A program made the position numbers and the translations under genes. Shown piece after piece: positions 1-8,594 of a stretch of 64,000 nt of DNA; position 1 is the stretch's first letter; every line of letters starts with the position of its first letter. The stretch comes from Methanobacteriota archaeon (GTDB lineage Archaea > Thermoplasmatota > Thermoplasmata > SG8-5 > DAIRED01), in NCBI GenBank assembly GCA_043799545.1, contig JAZDNO010000006.1, positions 3,413 through 67,412 of the forward strand, given 5' to 3'. The notes under the pieces were generated by a model, which worked only from the letters and a program-made list of their open reading frames with translations, did no database searches and was not told where the DNA came from.

Positions 1-62
1 AAGCTTCTGGGTCGACACTCTCGGAGAGATAAACCCCGTGGCGGGGTGACGGAGGCGTAAAA

Positions 63-773
63 ATGAAGCAAATGGACAAGTACAGGATGATTGCGGGAGC
101 GTTGCTCTTTGGCTCGATTTGGGGCATGCTCGAATGCGTGCTGGGGAGCATGAAGATGCCGTCGGGCTTCGAATCCTTCCCCCTGGGCGCCGTATTGGGC
201 GGCCTGTTCGGATTCGGCATAATGGCGTACACCCGGCGCATCTACGGCGTGATGTGGATGCAGCTCGGCATGGGCGTCGTGGCGGGCTTCCTCCGCTTCT
301 GGGCGCCCATAGGAACGTGCGTCGTCTGCTCTGCGCTGGCCATAGTCGCCGAGAGCCTGGTGTTCGAGTTGATATTCAACCGTCCTGCGCTGTCGATAAG
401 GGGATTTGCGGCAGAAGGCGCTGAGGGTAAGAGCCGCGCAGCCGCCATCACCCTCGTGCCGCTCGGTTTCATCGCAGCCTATGCGATTTACGTCACGGGA
501 TATGTCTTCACGCAGGTTATGACGCCCGTAATCACCGGTTCTGGCTTCGTAATGTCGGATTTCGCCTCGGTGCTTCCTCTGATAATCGGGCGAGGACTTT
601 TCGCAGCGCTATGCGGAGCAGTGGCTCTTCCGTTTGCAGTTCTGGTAAGGCAGCTTGACATCGAAGTGACGAAGGTCGCGGTTGCGAAGTACTATGCCGG
701 AGCGCTGGTAGGTTCCGTGATGTGCTGGGGTATTGTCCTCGCGCTCTTCCTGCCGAGGCTGCTGGGGCAGTGA
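63..773 (+). CDS. polytopic membrane protein, ~6 TM helices, function unknown; first gene of the AOR operon
   Basis: 236 aa with several hydrophobic helices and no recognisable motif. Coupled 9 nt upstream of the ferredoxin gene. Confidence 0.45.
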   Translation: MKQMDKYRMIAGALLFGSIWGMLECVLGSMKMPSGFESFPLGAVLGGLFGFGIMAYTRRIYGVMWMQLGMGVVAGFLRFWAPIGTCVVCSALAIVAESLVFELIFNRPALSIRGFAAEGAEGKSRAAAITLVPLGFIAAYAIYVTGYVFTQVMTPVITGSGFVMSDFASVLPLIIGRGLFAALCGAVALPFAVLVRQLDIEVTKVAVAKYYAGALVGSVMCWGIVLALFLPRLLGQ

Positions 774-782
774 GGTGGCACA

Positions 783-1235
783 ATGACGAAGGTCAAGGTG
801 CTCGTTTTCCATCCAGAGAAGTGCAAAGGCGACCTGGAATGCGAGAAGGCGTGCTCGAAAGTGCATTTCAAGACCGAAGACGGCGGCGTCAAGTCGGCGA
901 TACGGATTACCAAGGGGGACGATGGTAAGTTCCGGGCGACTATGTGCAACCACTGCGGATTGTGCATCGACCTTTGCCCCGTCCAAGCCCTGAAGCGGCT
1001 GGGCAGCGGGATCGTGACTCTTAACAAGAACGCTTGCGTCGGCTGCCAGGCCTGCGTGGGGTTCTGTCCCTCGGAGGTCATGCGGAAGGCACCGGGCGTG
1101 ATAGTTCCGTTCAAGTGCATCTCCTGCGGGATGTGCGTCAGGGCCTGCCCCGAGAAAGCGCTGGAACTGAAGGAATTCGAACTATCCGATATCGAGCGCG
1201 AGGTCTATGCCAGACATGGGAAGGTGTGCAAATGA
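783..1235 (+). CDS. 4Fe-4S polyferredoxin with three clusters; likely electron-transfer partner of AOR (YdhY-like)
   Basis: Three CxxCxxCxxxCP motifs: CNHCGLCIDLCP, CVGCQACVGFCP, CISCGMCVRACP. Stop codon overlaps the AOR start in ATGA. Confidence 0.85.
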   Translation: MTKVKVLVFHPEKCKGDLECEKACSKVHFKTEDGGVKSAIRITKGDDGKFRATMCNHCGLCIDLCPVQALKRLGSGIVTLNKNACVGCQACVGFCPSEVMRKAPGVIVPFKCISCGMCVRACPEKALELKEFELSDIEREVYARHGKVCK

Positions 1236-3580
1236 ACGGCCCGGAGAGCATCGTAGACTGCAACTACAAGCCCGTAACCCTGAAAACGGAGAAGGGGTTC
1301 GAGACCGGCAACACGAAGCATCAATGGGACCTCAAGAAGATGCGGGAGAGCCATCGGATTCTGGCCGAGATGAAATACGAGCGGCGCCCGGTAGCAAGGG
1401 GCTACGCCGGACGCACTCTTTACATAAGTCTCTCGAAGAACGAAATAAAAGAGAAGCCCGTGTCGGAGGAAATGAAAAACCAGTTCACGGGGGGCAAGGG
1501 ATTCGACCTCAAGCTGCTTTACGATGCCATCAAGCCCTCGACACGGTGGGACAGCGAGGAAAACGAGCTTGTGATGGCGGCGGGCCCTCTCTGCGGAACC
1601 ACGCAATACTCTGGAATGGGGAAATGCCTGGCAGTGACGATATCGCCCCTCACAAACGTCGTCTGCGATTCGAACGCCGGAGGGTATTTCGCTCCGTATC
1701 TGAAGTTCGCTGGCTTCGATGCGATTGAGATACAGGGGAAGGCCAAGGAAGATGTCGCGATAATCGTTGACGGCCGCGAAGGGGTCGTGAGAATCGAGAC
1801 TGCCCCGCTTGAAGAGGTCAACGCACATCTGGTGGCAGAGCAGCTCACGTACATGTACGCAGCCGAAGACACGGACGTCGAGCGCCAGAAGGTGGCCGTC
1901 GTATCCGCAGGGCGCGGCTCGGAGCACTCATATTGGGGCTGCCTGAACATATCGTTCTTCGACCCGCGTCGCAAGGTGGCCAGGCTGAAGCAGCACGGCC
2001 GCGGCGGCCTGGGGACTGTATTCCGCAACAAGAAGATCAAGGCTCTGGTCGCCAGAATCGAGAAGTTCGACGGCACATCCAACGACCCAGCCGACCCGGA
2101 CAGGCTCGCGGCAACGGGATTGAAGCATCACAGGGAGATGCGCGACCTGGACAGGGACCAGTGCAACATGCGCGTCGTGGGCACTGGCAACATCGTAGAG
2201 GTGATGGACGCCTATGACCTCTTGCCGACTGAGAACTACAGGTTCGGCTCCCATCCCAAAGCAGCGAACCTTCACTCGCCGCAGTTCTACAAGCGGTTCA
2301 CCCAGGTCATACCCGACGGATGCTGGTACGGCTGCACGATGGCCTGCGCCAAGGTCGTGGACGGCTTCGAGGTGATGACCGGGCCGTACAAAGGGATGAA
2401 GTTCTCGGTCGACGGACCCGAATACGAGAACTCTGGCGGATGCGCCAACATGGGGCTATGGGACCCAGACTGGGTCATAGAGTGGAACTTCTACTGCGAC
2501 TGTTACGGGATAGACACGATATCGTTCGCGACTGGCATGGCTTACTACATGGAAATGTACGAGTACGGAATCCTGACCAAGGAGCGCTGCGGCGGCCTGG
2601 AGCTAGTATGGGGCAACGGCGAGGCGATATTGGAGTTCATGCACAGGATAGCACGCGGCGACACAAACGAATTCATCCAAACCGGGGCAAAGGGAATCCG
2701 CAGGACGAAGGACTGGCTGCTATCCAAAGGATGGGGGGACCCTTACTTCATCGAGAACTGCGGGATGGAGAACAAGGGGCTCGAGTTCTCGGAGTACGTG
2801 TGCAAGGAGTCGCTCGCCCAGCAAGGCGGATACGGCCTCACGAACAAGGGGCCCCAGCACGACGAGGCATGGCTCATCTTCATGGACATGGTCAATAAAC
2901 AGATACCGACCTTCGCCGACAAGGCGGAGGCGCTCCACTACTTCCCGATGTGGCGAACGTGGTTCGGCCTTGTGGGACTGTGCAAGCTCCCTTGGAACGA
3001 CGTTACGCCGCCGTCCAACGCCAAGGCGAAGGAGCCGGCCAAGATACCGGAGCACGTCCAGAACTACGCCGACATGCTGAGCGGTACCGTGGGCAAGGAG
3101 TTCAAGCCCGCCGACCTCATCGCTCAGAGCGAGAGGGTGTACAACTTCCAGCGCTCGATGAACGTCTGGATGGGCCGCGGCACACGCAAGGACGACAAGA
3201 TGCCCTTCAGGGCGCTCGGGCCAGTCACCGAGATGGAATACCTCTCCAGAAAGGACCGGTACGACAAGCAGCTAGCCGAGATAATCGGCGTACCTAAGGA
3301 GAGATTATCCAAGATGATAACTCGCGACAAGCTCGCGCTCCTGAAGGAATACCGCATCGACCAGTATGAGAAGCTCACTGACGCTGTGTACCACAGACGC
3401 GGTTGGACCCCGAACGGGATTCCGACGCCGGAGAAGATGAAATCCCTGGGCTTCGCGGACGAGCGGCTGCTCGGCACGCTCCAGAAGAAGATTGAAGCTG
3501 ACGAGAAGGCTGGCCTGAACAAATGGGGCGGCAAATACAAGGGCGATGAGAAACCGCCGGGTGTAAAGGGGACCCGTTGA
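1232..3580 (+). CDS. aor: aldehyde:ferredoxin oxidoreductase family protein, tungsten bis-pyranopterin enzyme; long YdhV-like variant of ~782 aa
   Basis: N-terminal AOR domain signature YAGRTLYISL...QFTGGKGFDLKLLYD. Fe-S ligand cluster CWYGCTMAC. ATG at 1232 overlaps the ferredoxin stop; the longest ORF from 1034 lies inside the ferredoxin gene. Confidence 0.85.
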   Translation: MNGPESIVDCNYKPVTLKTEKGFETGNTKHQWDLKKMRESHRILAEMKYERRPVARGYAGRTLYISLSKNEIKEKPVSEEMKNQFTGGKGFDLKLLYDAIKPSTRWDSEENELVMAAGPLCGTTQYSGMGKCLAVTISPLTNVVCDSNAGGYFAPYLKFAGFDAIEIQGKAKEDVAIIVDGREGVVRIETAPLEEVNAHLVAEQLTYMYAAEDTDVERQKVAVVSAGRGSEHSYWGCLNISFFDPRRKVARLKQHGRGGLGTVFRNKKIKALVARIEKFDGTSNDPADPDRLAATGLKHHREMRDLDRDQCNMRVVGTGNIVEVMDAYDLLPTENYRFGSHPKAANLHSPQFYKRFTQVIPDGCWYGCTMACAKVVDGFEVMTGPYKGMKFSVDGPEYENSGGCANMGLWDPDWVIEWNFYCDCYGIDTISFATGMAYYMEMYEYGILTKERCGGLELVWGNGEAILEFMHRIARGDTNEFIQTGAKGIRRTKDWLLSKGWGDPYFIENCGMENKGLEFSEYVCKESLAQQGGYGLTNKGPQHDEAWLIFMDMVNKQIPTFADKAEALHYFPMWRTWFGLVGLCKLPWNDVTPPSNAKAKEPAKIPEHVQNYADMLSGTVGKEFKPADLIAQSERVYNFQRSMNVWMGRGTRKDDKMPFRALGPVTEMEYLSRKDRYDKQLAEIIGVPKERLSKMITRDKLALLKEYRIDQYEKLTDAVYHRRGWTPNGIPTPEKMKSLGFADERLLGTLQKKIEADEKAGLNKWGGKYKGDEKPPGVKGTR

Positions 3581-3588
3581 CCGCCCGC

Positions 3589-4461
3589 ATGAACAAATTA
3601 TCGATGGTCTCCTACCTGGCGTACCTCGAGATTAAGCGAAAAGTACGAGGCGCGAGATACTTCGCCGAGGTCGACGTCACGGACAATTGCAACCTGAGGT
3701 GCGCCCATTGCTACCATTTCCACGGCAAGGAGGATTTTGAAAAGGCCGAGCTGCCGCTGGAGGCGTGGGCGCAACGATTCGAAGCGCTGCATGGCGAAGG
3801 CGTCCGTTTCGTCCTGTTGGTCGGCGGGGAGCCAGCGCTGAGGAACGACGTTCTTATGCTCGCCCACAGGACGTTCCCATTCGTTTACGTGATAACGAAT
3901 GGCACGATTCCTATTCCCAAGGAGTTCGACCACCTGTTGTTTGTATCGCTGGACGGACTGGAGAAGACCAACGATTCGATACGAGGCGCTGGCACATTTT
4001 CCAGAGTCCTGAAAAATTACTCCGGGGATCCAAGGGTCGCCATCAACATGACCGTCACCATGGGCAACCACAAAGAGCTGGAAGATGTCGTCGAGCTATC
4101 GAAGGAGCACGGCTTCAGGGGGGCCGTGTGCAACATCTGCGCAACCGGGACCGACAGGGCCATCCCACTGGCCATCAAGAAGGGCGAGCGGAAGCAGATT
4201 GTCGACGAGCTGAGGCGGGTGAAGAAGGCCCATCCGAGGCACTTCCTGCTTAGCCCGAAGATGCTTGACTGGTACGAGAAGGCGGACCATAGGGGGCGGT
4301 GCTACTGGGGCGACGATGTGCGGCATTTCGATGTCTCGTGGAACACGAGGAGGTGCTTCGGAACGAATGCGGACTGCTCCAACTGCGGCTGCCTGGCGGG
4401 CTCTTTCCAGAACCCGCTGGCGATGGCGCTCAGCCCGAGGGAGTTCGTCCATCTGGTTTGA
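3589..4461 (+). CDS. radical SAM protein, Cmo-like tungsten-cofactor oxidoreductase maturase, with C-terminal Cys-rich SPASM/twitch-like region
   Basis: CxxxCxxC motif DNCNLRCAHCY. C-terminal segment CFGTNADCSNCGCLAG. Sits immediately downstream of aor, as the radical-SAM cmo does in Pyrococcus. Confidence 0.7.
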   Translation: MNKLSMVSYLAYLEIKRKVRGARYFAEVDVTDNCNLRCAHCYHFHGKEDFEKAELPLEAWAQRFEALHGEGVRFVLLVGGEPALRNDVLMLAHRTFPFVYVITNGTIPIPKEFDHLLFVSLDGLEKTNDSIRGAGTFSRVLKNYSGDPRVAINMTVTMGNHKELEDVVELSKEHGFRGAVCNICATGTDRAIPLAIKKGERKQIVDELRRVKKAHPRHFLLSPKMLDWYEKADHRGRCYWGDDVRHFDVSWNTRRCFGTNADCSNCGCLAGSFQNPLAMALSPREFVHLV

Positions 4462-4569
4462 GGGAGCGTGGAAGAATGATGCATCGCTGGATGGAATCCT
4501 CAATGGTCAAATCCCCTTGATGGGAATTCTTCAACAAGCCTTTTATCCATACCGAGCCATGTCGTGTTG

Positions 4570-5172
4570 ATGGCGCCCCTTACCAAGGAGGACGTGGAGG
4601 AGCATCTCATGCTGGCCAGCGTCGGCATAGCAGGAGCTGGCGGCCTGGGCTCCAACGTCGCTATGGCGCTCGCCAGGGCGGGTGTGGGGCACATAGTTCT
4701 CGTGGACTTCGATGTCGTGGAAGAGAAGAACCTCACGCGCCAGTACTTCTTCAGGGACCAGGTGGGCGAATTGAAGGTCGAGGCACTTAAGCGCAACATA
4801 AGCCGAGCAATTTGCGGTGTGAAGGTGGATGCAGTCAACCGCAAGCTGACGCCCGGAAAGATGGCCGAGCCATTCAAGAAAGTAGACGTTGTCGTCGAGG
4901 CACTCGACAACGCTGAGACAAAAGCCCAATTCATAGAGGAAATCCTGCTGGAGCTTCCAGGCAAACCGATAGTCGCCGCATCCGGCGTGGCCGGCTGGGG
5001 AACGTGCGAGAGCATCGAGATGAGGCGAATCCCGCCGCTTTACCTTGTCGAGGACAAGCGGGCGAAGTCGAGCGACTCCGGCGTTTTGTTGGCGCCCAAG
5101 GTAGGTTTGCTGGCGCACATGCAGGCGAACATGGTCATGGAGATAATATTGGGGGTGGAAAATGCCCGTTAA
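4570..5172 (+). CDS. ThiF/MoeB/HesA-family E1-like adenylyltransferase; minimal ~200 aa with no CxxC zinc site and no rhodanese domain
   Basis: Nucleotide-binding motif GIAGAGGLGSNVAMALARAGVGHIVLVDFD. Overlaps the downstream ThiS-like gene by 11 nt. Confidence 0.75.
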   Translation: MAPLTKEDVEEHLMLASVGIAGAGGLGSNVAMALARAGVGHIVLVDFDVVEEKNLTRQYFFRDQVGELKVEALKRNISRAICGVKVDAVNRKLTPGKMAEPFKKVDVVVEALDNAETKAQFIEEILLELPGKPIVAASGVAGWGTCESIEMRRIPPLYLVEDKRAKSSDSGVLLAPKVGLLAHMQANMVMEIILGVENAR

Positions 5173-5362
5173 GGTGAATGGAAACGGCGTGGAATACGTG
5201 AAGGACGAGACGATAACGGAGCTCCTGGAGCGGATGAAGTACAACTTTCCCCTTGTTGTCGTAAAGGTGAACGGGAAGGTCATCCCCCACGAGCGCTTTC
5301 CCGAGGCGAAGGTTCCGGACCGCTCGAAAGTCGAGGTCATACACCTGATAAGCGGTGGATGA
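5162..5362 (+). CDS. ThiS/MoaD-like ubiquitin-fold sulfur-carrier protein with C-terminal Gly-Gly
   Basis: 66 aa, MPVKVNGNGV...VIHLISGG. Beta-grasp length and terminal GG typical of ThiS/MoaD/SAMP. Confidence 0.75.
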   Translation: MPVKVNGNGVEYVKDETITELLERMKYNFPLVVVKVNGKVIPHERFPEAKVPDRSKVEVIHLISGG

Positions 5363-5363
5363 G

Positions 5364-5546
5364 ATGCATCTGGAAGGCAAGGAGCTGGAGAAGGCTTTGC
5401 TGAAGCGGGCGAAGGGCGGAAAAATCTCGTGCCGCAACGCCCTTGCAATCGCCAAGGAGACGGGGACACCCCCAGCCAAGGTCGGGGCGATGCTGGACGA
5501 CCTCGGCATCAGGATTACCAACTGTCAGCTCGGATGCTTCGAGTAA
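5364..5546 (+). CDS. small hypothetical protein of 60 aa with 4 Cys; co-operonic with the sulfur-carrier pair
   Basis: ORF fills the gap between the ThiS-like gene and mobB. Cys pattern C-x31-C-x3-C. No family recognised. A GTG at 5355 is an alternative start. Confidence 0.3.
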   Translation: MHLEGKELEKALLKRAKGGKISCRNALAIAKETGTPPAKVGAMLDDLGIRITNCQLGCFE

Positions 5547-5561
5547 GGGTGGCCACCGCCA

Positions 5562-6095
5562 ATGATAACAGTCTCGGTTCTCGGCCTGAAGAAAAGCGGC
5601 AAGACCACTTCTTGCGAAGCTCTCATACGCGAGTTCAAATCCAGGGGACTCAGGGTCGGAGCAGTCAAATCCATGCACCACGCTAGGATGACAATCGACA
5701 CCAAAGGCAAGGACACATGGCGCCACCGTCAAGCGGGGGCGGATTTCGTCGTTTCCCTGTCGAAGGGTGAGATGGGGTACATTGAGGCGGTCATGGGCCG
5801 CGCCACGTTGCGAGAGGCAAGAAGGCATTTCCCCAAAGGGACCGGCATCCTCGTATGCGAAGGGGTGGAGGGCCTCGGAAGCGAGGCTATCAAGGTCGTG
5901 GCGCTGAAATCCGCCGCCCTTCTCCCGGAGACTTTGAAGATACGCGGTCTGGGCCGTGGAAAGAATGTGCTGGCGCTGACTGGAATTTTCACAAACGCAA
6001 CCAAGAAGCACTCGAAATATCCTGTTTTCAACTGCACAGTCAAACGCGACGCAAAGGCTCTGGCCGACCTGATATTGGAAGGAGGCATGCTATGA
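5562..6095 (+). CDS. mobB: molybdopterin-guanine dinucleotide biosynthesis adapter protein MobB, a P-loop GTPase
   Basis: Walker A motif VLGLKKSGKTT at the N-terminus. Size of 177 aa fits MobB. Confidence 0.7.
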   Translation: MITVSVLGLKKSGKTTSCEALIREFKSRGLRVGAVKSMHHARMTIDTKGKDTWRHRQAGADFVVSLSKGEMGYIEAVMGRATLREARRHFPKGTGILVCEGVEGLGSEAIKVVALKSAALLPETLKIRGLGRGKNVLALTGIFTNATKKHSKYPVFNCTVKRDAKALADLILEGGML

Positions 6096-7492
6096 CGTGC
6101 GGGGAGGCTGGGGAAGGGAACTGCGGGGGCATAATTCTGAACCCCGCCGACAGGCGCGAGGTCGTGGGGTTCGCGCCACCATCCGACAAGCCGGGCGTGG
6201 CAGGTGCGGTCGATTGTGCCGCGGAAGGGTTCCGGGCATGGTCTGGCGTTTCGATGATCGGAAGGCGGAAAGCGCTGCTAGCCATTGCCAACGCTTTGGA
6301 GGAAAATGCCAAAAGCCTTGCGCGCTTGCTGACAATGGAAGTAGGCAAGCCGCTTGCGGAGGCAAACGCCGAGGTCGCCGGGGCGGCTGCAACACTTAGA
6401 TACTACGCGGGGCTGAAAATCCGGGAGCGAGTGGAAACGAGGGGCGAGGGCCTGGCTCAGACGTTCTACGAACGGGAGCCGTACGGCGTTTGCGCCATCG
6501 TCCTGCCTTGGAATTACCCCCTTTCGCTGTTGATTTGGAAGGCGGCGCCGGCGCTCCTGGCTGGGAACTCGATTGTTATCAAGCCTTCGGAGCACGCTCC
6601 CCTCACAGTGGCGACGGCAGCCAACCTCGCCGCCCGCTCCTTGCCGGCTGGAGCGTTAGAAGTCGTTTGCGGGGGAGACGATGTGGGGGGGTGGTTGGTG
6701 TCCGATAGGGGTGTGGCGCGCGTCGCCGTCACGGGCTCTCCCGAGACCGGTCCAAGGGTGCTCGCGCTGGCGGCGAACCGCCCCGCGAAGGTCACGCTTG
6801 AGCTCGGGGGGAACGACCCGCTCATAGTCATGGACGACGTCAATCTGGACATGAGGTTCGAGCCGATTTTCTGGACATCGCTCAGGAACTGCGGGCAAGT
6901 GTGCGTCGCTGCAAAGAGGGTGTACGTCCACCGGAAGCTGTACAAGAAATTCGTCCATCGTTATGTCACGCGCGTGAAGGCCCTGAGGATAGGCAACGGC
7001 TTAGAGCCGAACATCGAGCTCGGGCCGGTGAACAACGAGGCTCAGCTTCGAAAGGTCCAGTCGCTCGTCAACAAGTCTGTAAGGTCGGGGGGCAAGCTGG
7101 AGGTGGGCGGGCGGCGTTTATCCGGCCCTCTGAAATACGGTCTCTTCTACGAGCCAGCGGTGGTGACGGGACTCGACAACGGCAGCGGCCTTGTCAAGGA
7201 AGAGCAGTTCGGGCCGGCCGTGCCCATCATTCCTTTCGAAAGCGTCGGAGAGGCGGTCGATATGGCGAACGACTGCGGACTGGCGCTTGGCGCCACTGTA
7301 TGGTCCGGGGACAGGCCGCGCGCTCTGAAAATCGCCCGCGAACTGGATGCGGGCGTAGTGTGGGTCAACAGTCCGCTCGCGGTGGACATATCGGCTCCGT
7401 TCGGGGGGTTCAAGGGGAGCGGATTCGGAAGGGAGCTTGGAGAGCAGGGCTATTGCGAATACGCGGCGACGAAGTCGTACGTTCTCAGGTGA
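6092..7492 (+). CDS. NAD(P)+-dependent aldehyde dehydrogenase
   Basis: ALDH superfamily motifs ELGGNDP (catalytic Glu) and NCGQVCVAAKRVYV (catalytic Cys). An RBS GGAGG lies 7 nt upstream of ATG 6092, which overlaps the mobB stop. The longest ORF from 5855 runs through mobB. Confidence 0.85.
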   Translation: MTCGEAGEGNCGGIILNPADRREVVGFAPPSDKPGVAGAVDCAAEGFRAWSGVSMIGRRKALLAIANALEENAKSLARLLTMEVGKPLAEANAEVAGAAATLRYYAGLKIRERVETRGEGLAQTFYEREPYGVCAIVLPWNYPLSLLIWKAAPALLAGNSIVIKPSEHAPLTVATAANLAARSLPAGALEVVCGGDDVGGWLVSDRGVARVAVTGSPETGPRVLALAANRPAKVTLELGGNDPLIVMDDVNLDMRFEPIFWTSLRNCGQVCVAAKRVYVHRKLYKKFVHRYVTRVKALRIGNGLEPNIELGPVNNEAQLRKVQSLVNKSVRSGGKLEVGGRRLSGPLKYGLFYEPAVVTGLDNGSGLVKEEQFGPAVPIIPFESVGEAVDMANDCGLALGATVWSGDRPRALKIARELDAGVVWVNSPLAVDISAPFGGFKGSGFGRELGEQGYCEYAATKSYVLR

Positions 7493-7548
7493 GCGCAAGC
7501 GTCCCTTGGGACTATGTGAAATCCGGACTGGTCAAACGAGCAAATCAC

Positions 7549-8220
7549 TCACGTAATTTCAACAGTCACGACCACCCGGCTCCCGTCCTTGAGCTTCAGG
7601 GCATCCCGCAGCTTCGAGCCAGCCACTATCTCGAGCGTGTCAGTGTAGTGCGTTCTGGAAGGGATGACCACGACCGCGGCCATCTCGCCGATGCGCGCCT
7701 TGAAGCACTTAATGGGACCGAACGTCCTGCCCCCCTCTTCGAAACCGGGTATGACAAGGCCTGTGGACCCGCGCAGACTCTCCAACGCCTCCATGTCTGT
7801 TCCCTCGACCCTGACGTTTAGGGTGCCGCCGTAGGGTACGGTCCCCAGGATACTTCTCAAACCGCTCTCGTACGTTCTCCTAGCCAGGTAGTAAGCTCCT
7901 TCGCCGAGCCCGCTTGCCACGGTGCCTGAGAGCTCTACCGCGTTCCCGGCCTCGAAGATGCGCTTGTAAACGAGATATTCGGTTTTGAGCAATGAGGCCC
8001 CTGTCTTTGTGATTTTCACATGCTGGCCTCTCGCGGCCATTGCCCGTTCCACAAGCCCCTTACTCTCCAGCCTTATGAGTGCGGTGGAAACGGCCTGCTG
8101 GCAAACATCGAGCTCCGTTGAAAGGTCCGACGAGGTAATGCGAATGCGCCTTTGCATCGCGCCCCTGGTTGCCAGCGCACGGAGAAGCCTCATGTCCGTT
8201 GACTGCATCGCAGTCTTCAT
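7549..8220 (-). CDS. RbkR-like protein: N-terminal winged-HTH fused to an archaeal CTP-dependent riboflavin kinase
   Basis: N-terminal HTH region. C-terminal RibK-type motifs SGLGEGAYY and PYGGTLNVR. Matches the architecture described for archaeal riboflavin regulators. Confidence 0.65.
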   Translation of the reverse strand: MKTAMQSTDMRLLRALATRGAMQRRIRITSSDLSTELDVCQQAVSTALIRLESKGLVERAMAARGQHVKITKTGASLLKTEYLVYKRIFEAGNAVELSGTVASGLGEGAYYLARRTYESGLRSILGTVPYGGTLNVRVEGTDMEALESLRGSTGLVIPGFEEGGRTFGPIKCFKARIGEMAAVVVIPSRTHYTDTLEIVAGSKLRDALKLKDGSRVVVTVEIT

Positions 8221-8588
8221 GAGACATCCCCGACAATCACCAGATGGTTGCGCCCCTTCATCCGCACTATTGGTATGCGAGCCTTTTTCAACAAGGTGAT
8301 GAGGCCGACATCGTTCGTCAGGACGTACGCCTTTCTATCGCGGGCGAGGGTTATGAGCGCCTCGTCCGGATTTGACGCGACCACGGTTATGCATTCGCAC
8401 CTTCTCGCCAGGCCGAGTGCGGCCCTGGCCTCCGGTATTCGTTTCGAAAGGTTGACGAGCTCGCCCACGACAGACTCTGGGACGAGGATGGTGTATGAGC
8501 CTAGAAGGCGCGTGAGCTCGGAATCGAGATTAAACTTGAATTGAAAAGGCATCATCAGTCCGTTGACGTCGGCGACTACGAATGGCAT
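8217..8588 (-). CDS. PIN-domain protein of the aIF2-gamma operon
   Basis: 123 aa with acidic residues in a PIN-like arrangement (VVADVNG...TNDV). Sits in the conserved position downstream of eif2g. Confidence 0.55.
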   Translation of the reverse strand: MPFVVADVNGLMMPFQFKFNLDSELTRLLGSYTILVPESVVGELVNLSKRIPEARAALGLARRCECITVVASNPDEALITLARDRKAYVLTNDVGLITLLKKARIPIVRMKGRNHLVIVGDVS

Positions 8589-8594
8589 GGCCCC

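Noticed and set aside
119-472. Numerous 60-240-aa ORFs antisense to or overlapping annotated genes (e.g. 119..424, 242..472, 1205..1927, 10251..10751, 46343..47008, 46698..47021)
   Set aside because: High GC content yields long spurious open frames. They lack motifs, overlap well-supported genes and have Arg/Ala/Pro-rich composition typical of off-frame translation.
1034-3580. 848-aa version of the AOR ORF starting at 1034
   Set aside because: Its first 66 codons lie inside and out of frame with the ferredoxin gene. The ATG at 1232 overlaps the ferredoxin stop (ATGA) and begins the conserved AOR N-terminus.
4570-5362. Interpreting the ThiF/ThiS-like pair as thiamine-thiazole biosynthesis genes
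   Set aside because: No ThiG/ThiH/ThiO nearby, and archaea generally use Thi4. The pair is translationally coupled inside the AOR/MobB operon, so a cofactor-related sulfur-carrier role is more plausible. This remains unproven.
5855-7492. 545-aa version of the aldehyde dehydrogenase ORF starting at 5855
   Set aside because: The upstream 79 codons overlap mobB. The ATG at 6092 has a GGAGG RBS and starts the ALDH fold.
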